Source: Rathayibacter soli (GTDB lineage: Bacteria > Actinomycetota > Actinomycetes > Actinomycetales > Microbacteriaceae). From it: a DNA stretch of 24,000 bases. Below the pieces are notes generated by a model. That model was given only the letters and a program-made list of their open reading frames with translations. It did not search any database and was not told where the DNA came from. The DNA is taken from assembly GCF_030866825.1 (NCBI RefSeq), contig NZ_CP133020.1, forward strand, positions 4,164,924 through 4,188,923. Reading direction: 5' to 3'. Shown one piece after another: positions 6,518 through 13,627 of the stretch (within the stretch, counting starts at the first letter, position 1; every line of letters starts with the position of its first letter). A program made the position numbers and the translations under genes.

Positions 6518-9500
6518 CTTGGTCGACGTGTGATAGTCGGCGGTCGTCACTTCACGCCACGGCCCGATGGGGTTGCCGCTCCAGCGACTGAACGCTGGCA
6601 CATATTCGCCGCGCAACACGAGCGACGCCGGCCCGACGCTCGCGTGGCTGCCGATCCGCGCAGCGGGCAGGATGACGCTGTGCGGGCCGATCGTCGACCC
6701 GGTATCGAAAGTGACTGTGTCGATGCTCATGATTCGATCATGGAACAGATGTGTCTGCACCACACAACCGCGATTCACGGTCGACGCGTCGCCGAGCCGC
6801 ACGAGGTCTGCTTCCGGCAGCCAATAGCTGTCGCACCAGACCCCACTCCCGATCGAGGCGCCGAGGCTGCGCAGCCACCAGACCAGCGCGGGAGTGCCAG
6901 CGGCCGCCTGCGCGAACCAGGGAGCCGCGACCATTTCGACGAACGTGTCTGCAACCTCACTGCGCCACACGAACGATGACCAGAGCGGATGCTCACCCGC
7001 CCGGATGCGCCCCACCAGCAGCCACTTCGCCACCGTCGAGAAGGCGGCGGCCACGGCTCCGGCCGCGAGCATGACGACGCCACTGAGCAGCACAGCCAGC
7101 CAGACATCGAACGCCGCTGTGATGGCGGCAAGCATGAGCAGCACCCCGAGCCCGACCGCGCAGGTCACAACAACGGGCACGAACCGGCACAGCTCCCACA
7201 GTGTACGGGCGATGCGCAACGAGGCGCGCGGGGCGAAAGTACGACTCTGATCCCCGACCGCCGCGGTTCTGCGCAGACGCACGGCCGGCGATCCGAGCCA
7301 CGACGAGCCGGCTTTCGACTTGCGCGGGGCGGAAGACAGCACAGCAACCAGCCCGTCGCGCGGCACCGTGTGCCCGGGCCCGGCCATCCCGGAGTTGCCG
7401 AGGAACGCTCGGGCGCCGATCTCGGCACGGGCGACCCGCAGCCGGCCACCGCCGAGCTCGTAGGAGGCAACCAGGGTGTCGTCGGCCAGGAACGCACCGT
7501 CTTTCACCGTCGTCATCACGGGCAGCAGCAGCACCGTCGACGCCTCGACGTCCCGCCCCACCTTCGCCCCGAGCATCCGCAACCAGACCGGCGTGGCCAG
7601 GCTCGAATAGATGGGGAAAAGCATGGTGCGCGCCAGATCAAGCAGTCTCTCACTCGCCCAGACCTGCCAGCCGATCCGAGAGCGCACCGGATACGTTCCC
7701 TCGCGGATGCCGATCCCCAGCACCCGCACGAACAACACAACGAGCAACGCCAGCACAATGCCAGCCACGATCGTCGCGGGCACCAGCATCGCGAACGCGC
7801 GCAGGGCGGCAACGCCGAGGCTCGGCGCGTCGCGCAGCACAGGCGCTGCCACGACAACCCCCGCCGCAAGCGCGATGAACGGCAGCAGTGAAACGATCAG
7901 CGAAGCCCCACCGAACGCAAAGACCCAACGCGTGGCCTGCCGCGGCCGCTCGGACGGCCACCACAGATCGGCCGAACCGACCCGAGCGGCCGGCGAACCG
8001 GCCCACCGCTGCCCGGCCGGCACACGGCCGAACACAGACGACCCCGGAGCAACCACCGCGTTCTTGCCGATCCGCGCACCGGGCAGCAGCGTGCTGCGGG
8101 CCCCGATCGAGGAGTTTCCGCCGATGCGGATCGCGCCGATGCGCAGCAGGTCACCGTCGATCCAGTAGCCGGAAAGGTCGACCTCCGGCTCGATCGAAGC
8201 CCCGGCGCCGATGCGCAGCATCCCCGTGACCGGCGGGATCGCGTGCAGGTCGACGTTGGGAGCTATGGTCGCGCCGAGCGCGCGCGCATAGTACGAAATC
8301 CATGGCGCTCCGGCGAGACTGACCGCACCGAGCTGATGCGCGATCTGCTCGGCCAGCCACAGCCGCAGATGTACGCCGCCGCCGCGCGGATAGTCGCCGG
8401 CGCGCACCCCGGCAAGCAGGGTGCGGGCGCACACGACGGAGATTGCCATCCGCCCGAACGGCGTCACGAAGATCAGCAGTGCGATCACGAGCCCCCACAC
8501 ATTGACGTGCGGCAGAAAGCCGAAGCCGCCGAAACCGGAAAGGATCTGGCTTGCCGTCAACAGATACAGCAGCCAGCGCACCCCGCTCAGAATGAACAGT
8601 GGGACGCCGAGAATCGTCTGCAGCCACTGCATCCGCCGCGGCGTCCGCGAAACGACGTGTTCGGATGTCCGCACCACCGGCCCATCGTCGGCCCGCGCTT
8701 TCAACTCGGTCGCCATCGCACCGAGCCTGGGGTGTGCGTAAATATCGGCAACCGTGAATTCCGGATCGTTCTCGCGGATGCGGGTGACCAGCTGAGCCGC
8801 AGCGAGGGAGCCGCCGCCGAGGTCGAAGAAGTTCGCGTCAGCATCCGTCACCGGAATTCCGAGCACGGAGCGCCACTGCTCGGCGAGCTGCCGCAGGCCC
8901 TCGTCCATGCTGTCGGATTCGGCGGGGTCCTGCAGCAACGGCCAGGGTAGCGCGTCGCGATCGACCTTGCCCGAGGTGCGCGTCGGCAGTTCATCCATCA
9001 CCGCGAGCAGCGGCACGATCGCCGCAGGGAGTTCCGCGCGTAGCCGGGTGAGGCTGGCCGCACGATCAAATGCGCCTGGGTCGGCGACCGACAGGTAACC
9101 GACGAGCACCTTGTTGCCCGCCTCGGTCGTTCGTACTGCGGCCGCGGCGGCCGTTACTCCCGGCAGCGCCTGCAGTGCCGCTTCGATTTCACCCAGCTCG
9201 ATGCGTCGTCCACCGACCTTGACCTGATCGTCTGCCCTGCCTTGAAAGATCAGCCCAGTGGGCTCAAAACGCACGAGGTCACCGCTGCGATAGGCGCGCG
9301 GCCAGCCGAGCGCGGCATCCGCAGCGTACTTCTCGGCATCCTTCACCGGGTCGAGGTACCGGGCCAGGCCGACACCGCCGATGACGAGCTCACCGACCTC
9401 GCCGTCTGCAACGGGTTGCCCGTTCGCGGCGAGAACTGCGAGATCCCAGCCGTCCAAGGGCAGGCCGATCGGCACGGGTTCGCCGGGATGCAGCAGCGCC

Positions 9501-10540
9501 GCGCACGCCACGACAGTCGCTTCGGTCGGTCCGTAGGTGTTCCACACCTCACGCCCCTCGACCGCCAGGCGATCCACCAGTTCGCGCGGGCACGCTTCGC
9601 CGCCGAAGATGAGCAGTCGAACGTTCTCAAGGGACTCAACCGGCCACAGCGCCGCGAGTGTCGGCACCGTCGAGACGATCGTTATGCCGTGCGTGGTCAA
9701 CCAAGGCCCCAGATCCGTTCCGCTGCGCACCAGCGAGCGCGGCGCGGGAACCAGGCAGGCGCCGTTGCGCCAGGCCAGCCACATCTCCTCGCAGGATGCG
9801 TCGAATGCTACGGACAGTCCGGCGAGCACCCGGTCGCCGGGCCCGATCTTCTCCCGTTGCACGAACAGTCGCGCTTCTGCATCGACGAATGCGGCGGCCG
9901 AACGGTGCGTCACGGCGACGCCCTTCGGAGTGCCCGTCGACCCCGAGGTGAAGATGATCCACGCGTCATGGTCAGGCGAGGGCGGCGTCACGATCACGTT
10001 CGCATGCGTGCTGGCGTGTGGCGGGGTGCCAGCAAAGAGCGAGCGGTCGCCAGGCGGATGGTCATGTCCCGCTACCGACCGGCCGGCCTCGCCGAACGGC
10101 TGGGTCCGCTCGCCTGCCGGCCTGGTTTCGTCGAGCGCAAGTCGCGATGACGGCTCGAAGACGCCGTTAGCTACGATCACTCCGCTCACCGTAGCCTCGC
10201 CGAAGACGAGTTCGGCGCGCTCGACGGGATCGTCGGCATCCACCGGAACATAGGCGGCGCCCGCCGCCAGAATCGCCAAGATCGCCACGTACAGTTCTCG
10301 TGAGCCGGACGGCATCCGCACGCCGACGCGATCACCGGGTTGCACGCCGGCCTCATGCAGCCGCGCGCTCACACGCACGACGCGCGCCATCAGTTCCCGA
10401 TAGCTCAGGGCGCCTGCGGCATCTTCGAGTGCCGATGCCTCAGGGAACCTCTGCGTCGTGTCTCGCAGAATGTCCAGCAGTGTTCGCTCCGGCGCGGCAA
10501 AGCTGCTGCGGAGCAGGGTTCCGGGCGGAGAGTCGTTCAC
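6515..10540 (-). CDS. Pls/PosA-family single-module membrane NRPS (epsilon-poly-L-lysine synthetase-like homopoly(amino acid) synthetase): A-T-2TM-C1-2TM-C2-2TM-C3
   Basis: GTG start at 10540 with GGGAG 7 nt upstream. Full set of adenylation cores (IIFTSGSTGTPKGV, FDAS, NTYGPTE, GELVIGGVGLARYL, YRSGDLV, GRADDQVKVGGRRIELGEIE, SGKVDRDAL). Carrier motif FFDLGGGSLAA. Then three hexapeptide-repeat soluble segments separated by three pairs of hydrophobic helices. No HHxxxDG condensation motif and no thioesterase domain. Confidence 0.9.
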   Translation of the reverse strand: MNDSPPGTLLRSSFAAPERTLLDILRDTTQRFPEASALEDAAGALSYRELMARVVRVSARLHEAGVQPGDRVGVRMPSGSRELYVAILAILAAGAAYVPVDADDPVERAELVFGEATVSGVIVANGVFEPSSRLALDETRPAGERTQPFGEAGRSVAGHDHPPGDRSLFAGTPPHASTHANVIVTPPSPDHDAWIIFTSGSTGTPKGVAVTHRSAAAFVDAEARLFVQREKIGPGDRVLAGLSVAFDASCEEMWLAWRNGACLVPAPRSLVRSGTDLGPWLTTHGITIVSTVPTLAALWPVESLENVRLLIFGGEACPRELVDRLAVEGREVWNTYGPTEATVVACAALLHPGEPVPIGLPLDGWDLAVLAANGQPVADGEVGELVIGGVGLARYLDPVKDAEKYAADAALGWPRAYRSGDLVRFEPTGLIFQGRADDQVKVGGRRIELGEIEAALQALPGVTAAAAAVRTTEAGNKVLVGYLSVADPGAFDRAASLTRLRAELPAAIVPLLAVMDELPTRTSGKVDRDALPWPLLQDPAESDSMDEGLRQLAEQWRSVLGIPVTDADANFFDLGGGSLAAAQLVTRIRENDPEFTVADIYAHPRLGAMATELKARADDGPVVRTSEHVVSRTPRRMQWLQTILGVPLFILSGVRWLLYLLTASQILSGFGGFGFLPHVNVWGLVIALLIFVTPFGRMAISVVCARTLLAGVRAGDYPRGGGVHLRLWLAEQIAHQLGAVSLAGAPWISYYARALGATIAPNVDLHAIPPVTGMLRIGAGASIEPEVDLSGYWIDGDLLRIGAIRIGGNSSIGARSTLLPGARIGKNAVVAPGSSVFGRVPAGQRWAGSPAARVGSADLWWPSERPRQATRWVFAFGGASLIVSLLPFIALAAGVVVAAPVLRDAPSLGVAALRAFAMLVPATIVAGIVLALLVVLFVRVLGIGIREGTYPVRSRIGWQVWASERLLDLARTMLFPIYSSLATPVWLRMLGAKVGRDVEASTVLLLPVMTTVKDGAFLADDTLVASYELGGGRLRVARAEIGARAFLGNSGMAGPGHTVPRDGLVAVLSSAPRKSKAGSSWLGSPAVRLRRTAAVGDQSRTFAPRASLRIARTLWELCRFVPVVVTCAVGLGVLLMLAAITAAFDVWLAVLLSGVVMLAAGAVAAAFSTVAKWLLVGRIRAGEHPLWSSFVWRSEVADTFVEMVAAPWFAQAAAGTPALVWWLRSLGASIGSGVWCDSYWLPEADLVRLGDASTVNRGCVVQTHLFHDRIMSIDTVTFDTGSTIGPHSVILPAARIGSHASVGPASLVLRGEYVPAFSRWSGNPIGPWREVTTADYHTSTK
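8807..8809 (-). other. Codon of predicted phosphopantetheine attachment serine (Ser578) of the Pls-like carrier domain
   Basis: The minus strand reads aac ttc ttc gac ctc ggc ggc ggc tcc ctc gct = NFFDLGGGSLA. The tcc codon is the reverse complement of gga at 8807-8809. Confidence 0.8.
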
Positions 10541-10623
10541 AACTGAGCTCCCGTCAATTCGTCCGGCGCTCTGAGCCTCACGACGCTACCGGGGCAAGGT
10601 TGCCAGGCGGCAAACGGCTTCGC

Positions 10624-11190
10624 TCACGAGTTCTTCAGCAGCGCGATCAGGCCTGCCTTGTTCAGTCGCGAGTAGTTCTCCAGCCCTTTCGCGTGGGCTT
10701 GGCCGCGCAGCATCGCGACGGTGGAACGCTCCAACATCGTCAGTGGGGCGTGGGCAGGCGCCTCTGCCGGGGCTGCCGCCTCAGCAGGCGCTGGGATGCT
10801 CGGCGTTGCGGTGCCCGACGACACTGCGGGCTTGACCGGCGTGGCTTTCTCGGCAGACACGGCAGTCTTGGAAGACGCGGCCTTCTTGGCCGAAGCTGCC
10901 TTCTTGGCCGGAGCTGCCGACTTGGCCGCCTTGGCAGACTTCGCAGCGCTCGGCTTCTTCGCAGGCTCGCTCTTCTTCGACTTGGCCCCCTTCGAGGCCT
11001 TGTCGTTCTTGGCAGGCGCGGTCCCCTTGGCCCGTTTCAGCGACAGTTCCAGGTCCTTCGCCTTTGCCTTCGCTTTGGCGCGGGTTTTCTTCTCCAGCTT
11101 CTTCGCTCGGAGCAACGCTTCATCGACCGCATCCTTGGCGTCCGAGTATGCCTTCTTCGCGGCCTTTTCGAGCTTCTTCGCTTTCGGCAC
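10624..11190 (-). CDS. Lys/Ala-rich basic protein with C-terminal Rho_N (Rho termination factor N-terminal / SAP-like) domain
   Basis: AKKA/AKSA-rich, histone-H1-like low-complexity body. The C-terminal end LERSTVAMLRGQAHAKGLENYSRLNKAGLIALLKNS matches the Rho_N helix-hairpin pattern. High GC3 from the GTG at 11190 (VPKAKKLEKAAKK...), with GAAGGGGTGG upstream. The ORF-track TTG start at 11301 adds 37 codons of low GC3, so I prefer 11190. The start remains uncertain. Confidence 0.7.
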   Translation of the reverse strand: MPKAKKLEKAAKKAYSDAKDAVDEALLRAKKLEKKTRAKAKAKAKDLELSLKRAKGTAPAKNDKASKGAKSKKSEPAKKPSAAKSAKAAKSAAPAKKAASAKKAASSKTAVSAEKATPVKPAVSSGTATPSIPAPAEAAAPAEAPAHAPLTMLERSTVAMLRGQAHAKGLENYSRLNKAGLIALLKNS

Positions 11191-11377
11191 GTGCGGTACC
11201 ACCCCTTCACTGCGAACTACGTCGATTGTGGGCAATTCTCCCACTCTGTGGCCAAATCTTCGGCGCGCGCGCTCAAGCCCCAGCGAATGGCCCGGCAGCA
11301 ACTCACCACGCCCTCCCTCTTCACGGCGCCGAGTGCAAATCCGTCAAGTGCGCTTGTGGCCGGGCGTCGCGCGGCCC

Positions 11378-12235
11378 TCACCATCGCGCGCGAAGCCAGT
11401 CCAACGCGACCGGGCACGCATCCAGCACCGAAATGTGCCCATCGCGCGGGCGAACCCACAGTTCTGCATCGGGCAGCTGACGCAAGAGCCACTCCGAGTG
11501 TGCCGGGGGCACGACGCGGTCGCGACTGCCGTGCACCAGCAGCACGGGTGCCCCGATATTCGCGATCTCGAAGCCCCACGGTGCCACGTAAGCGAGATCG
11601 TCGTCGATCAAACCATTCGGCCCGGCAGCGGATGCAACCGCGACGTCCGCGCCGAGCGATGACCAACGGTCATTCAACGCCGCATAGTCGCGCTCAAGGA
11701 AGCTTGACGGATCGAACTCCGCGGTGTTCTCGTGCTCCTCGCGCGCGGCGCGTCCCCGCACAGCGGCACGCAAGGAAGCACCGTCTGACGCCATCCCCGC
11801 GAACCAGTCGAGGCCATCCGCCGCGTACGGCGCCAGCGGAGCCAGGGTCGCCAGGCACGCCACGGCAACGACTCGTTCGGGCAGTAGAGCCGCGCAGGCC
11901 AGCGCGTGCGGGCCGCCCCCAGATGCCCCCATCACGGCGAACCGTTCGACACCGAGGGTATCGACCAGCTGCTCGACATCGGAAGCCGCCGAACCAACAC
12001 TCCGACCCGGGTGCGGCGACGACCCGCCATAGCCCGGCCGACCATACGACAGCATGCGGATGCCCCGCGCGGCCGCCGCTGCCAGCAACGGCTCGAGCAG
12101 TGCCCCGGTCTGCGGAGAACCGTGATGCCACAGCACGGTCGGCTCGTTCGTGGCATCCGCGGCACGCGCGCTGTCATGCACGCGCAGGGTGCGGCCATCC
12201 TGAAGCTGCAGATCTCGAACATTTGCCATCTGCAC
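11378..12235 (-). CDS. alpha/beta-fold hydrolase
   Basis: The HHGSP oxyanion region and the nucleophile elbow GASGGG (G-x-S-x-G) are spaced as in alpha/beta hydrolases, with C-terminal ..LVHGSRDRVVP.. and ..DGH.. residues. Start is GTG 12235 or ATG 12229 (uncertain, no clear SD). Confidence 0.85.
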   Translation of the reverse strand: MQMANVRDLQLQDGRTLRVHDSARAADATNEPTVLWHHGSPQTGALLEPLLAAAAARGIRMLSYGRPGYGGSSPHPGRSVGSAASDVEQLVDTLGVERFAVMGASGGGPHALACAALLPERVVAVACLATLAPLAPYAADGLDWFAGMASDGASLRAAVRGRAAREEHENTAEFDPSSFLERDYAALNDRWSSLGADVAVASAAGPNGLIDDDLAYVAPWGFEIANIGAPVLLVHGSRDRVVPPAHSEWLLRQLPDAELWVRPRDGHISVLDACPVALDWLRARW

Positions 12236-12263
12236 ATCGTAGAGCGGGCCCGCGCCCGCGCCC

Positions 12264-12322
12264 GCGAGCCGTCACGTTTGGTTCAAAAACCCGTCGTTCT
12301 TGCGCCAAACGTGACGGCTCGC
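12264..12322 (-). terminator. 59-nt near-perfect palindrome/hairpin between the LLM oxidoreductase and alpha/beta hydrolase genes (U-tract-less terminator or protein-binding site)
   Basis: gcgagccgtcacgtttgg (12264-12281) is the exact reverse complement of ccaaacgtgacggctcgc (12305-12322). The 23-nt spacer can pair further (caaaaac / gttcttg), leaving a 5-nt loop. No T/U run on either side. Confidence 0.5.
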
Positions 12323-12342
12323 CGACCGGCACCGCGCCACAC

Positions 12343-13374
12343 CTACGCCAGCAGGTCGCGCACCATCGGAATCACCGTGCTGCCGTACAGCTCGACGCTG
12401 TGCATCAGTTGCTCGTGCGGCATTGGGCCGGTCGCGTACTTCAGGTCGAAGCGCTCGACTCCGAGCGTGGTGATACTCGCCGCGATCTTGCGCGCGACCG
12501 TCTCAGGCGAGCCGACATACAACGATCCGGATGCGATTTCGCTCTCGTATCCGGCCCGAGTCGTCGGGCCCCAGCCACGCTCGGCTCCGATCCGGTCCAG
12601 CGACTCACGATAGTGCGGCCACAGCTGCTCACGGGCCAGCTCGTCGGTGTCGGCGATGTGCCCCGGCGAGTGCACTCCGAGCGGCAACGGCGCCGTCTCG
12701 AGCTTGTCGGCCGCACGCTTGTACAGGTCGATGAACGGCAAGAATCGCGCGGGCGCCCCGCCGATGATCGCGAGCATCATCGGCAGCTCGTAACGCACTG
12801 CACGCACGACGGACTCGGGCGACCCACCGACGCCGATCCAGGTCTTGATGCGGCCGCGCTCTGTTTTCGGATACACCTGCTGGTTCGTCAGCGGCGCGCG
12901 CAGTCGACCCTGCCAGGTGACGGCATCTTCACGCAGCAGGTGGGAGAACAGGTCGAGCTTCTCGTCGAAGAGCTCCTCGTATTGGGCGAGGTCGTAGCCG
13001 AACAGCGGGAACGACTCCGTGAACGAGCCGCGGCCGAGAATGATCTCGGCACGGCCGCCGGATACCGCATCCACCGTCGCAAAACGCTCGAACACGCGCA
13101 CCGGCTCGTCGGAGCTGAGAACCGTCACAGCGGATCCCAAACGGATGCGTTCGGTCCGGCCCGCGATCGCCGCCAGCACTGTCTCCGGTGCGGAGATCGC
13201 GAAGTCGGCCCGGTGATGCTCACCGAGGCCGATGAAGTCGACCCCGACCTGGTCGGCGAGCACCGCCTGGTCGATCACGTTGCGAATGACCTGCGCGTAC
13301 GAGAGCTTCTCGCCGTTTGCGTCGTTCGTGATGTCGCCGAACGTGTCGAGCCCGAGTTCTAATGTGCCTGCCAT
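12343..13374 (-). CDS. LLM-class (luciferase-like) flavin-dependent oxidoreductase
   Basis: N-terminal ELGLDTFGD...VDFIGLGEHH and ..IRLGSAVTVLSSDEPVRVFERFATVDAVSGGRAEIILGRG.. are typical of the LLM family. ATG at 13374 with a purine-rich GAGAGGATGAGG upstream. Confidence 0.9.
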   Translation of the reverse strand: MAGTLELGLDTFGDITNDANGEKLSYAQVIRNVIDQAVLADQVGVDFIGLGEHHRADFAISAPETVLAAIAGRTERIRLGSAVTVLSSDEPVRVFERFATVDAVSGGRAEIILGRGSFTESFPLFGYDLAQYEELFDEKLDLFSHLLREDAVTWQGRLRAPLTNQQVYPKTERGRIKTWIGVGGSPESVVRAVRYELPMMLAIIGGAPARFLPFIDLYKRAADKLETAPLPLGVHSPGHIADTDELAREQLWPHYRESLDRIGAERGWGPTTRAGYESEIASGSLYVGSPETVARKIAASITTLGVERFDLKYATGPMPHEQLMHSVELYGSTVIPMVRDLLA

Positions 13375-13502
13375 GCCTCATCCTCTCGCGTTCAATGCCG
13401 CTCTGCCGCGTCGATCGGCGCTCTATGCGTTTGCATCTATCTAGCCAACCACGCACCGCGCGAATGCATTCCCGCTGGCGGGGTTCGTGGGTCATTGCCG
13501 TT

Positions 13503-13627
13503 CCCGGAGCGGAGTCGGGCGGCCCTTCGGCGAGCTCAGGGATCGGACGGGCAAGCTCAGGCGTCCCGGTCGCTGAGCGGAGCCGAAGCGCCCTAACGAC
13601 GGGCCCTTCGGCGAGCTCAGGGACCGG
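13503..13627. repeat. Dispersed hairpin-forming intergenic element, locus A (about 1.5 tandem copies)
   Basis: ggtcgctgagcggagccgaagcg (13568-13590) ... ggcccttcggcgagctcagggaccgg (13602-13627). There is an earlier partial copy: gagcggagtcgggcg + ggcccttcggcgagctcaggga (13521-13542). CTGAGC pairs with GCTCAG and GCCGAAG pairs with CTTCGGC. Related copies occur at 14273-14300 and 17671-17744. Confidence 0.75.

Noticed and set aside
10624-11190. The idea that the Lys-rich protein is a ribosomal precursor or substrate related to the poly-lysine product.
   Set aside because: Pls-type enzymes polymerise free amino acids and do not act on proteins. The Lys/Ala-rich composition is typical of nucleoid-associated tails. 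Only the synteny question is retained.
11191-11301. A 37-codon N-terminal extension (TTG start at 11301) of the Lys/Ala-rich protein, as in the ORF track.
   Set aside because: Its codons are rich in A/T at the third position (aga ttt, aga, gga gaa, aca, gta gtt, agt gaa), unlike the body of the gene. A GTG with an upstream G-rich SD-like sequence sits at 11190.
10300-13362. 1020-aa plus-strand ORF spanning three minus-strand genes. Similar long ORFs occur at 5135-6979 (+), 1503-2765 (-), 3699-4712 (-), 6989-7891 (+), 9242-10150 (+), 15257-16240 (-), 18574-19491 (+) and 10721-11662 (+).
   Set aside because: These are Arg/Pro/Ala/Gly-rich nonsense-looking translations with no recognisable motifs. 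Each lies antisense to a gene with clear family motifs and high GC3. They are the stop-codon-poor shadow frames typical of high-GC DNA.
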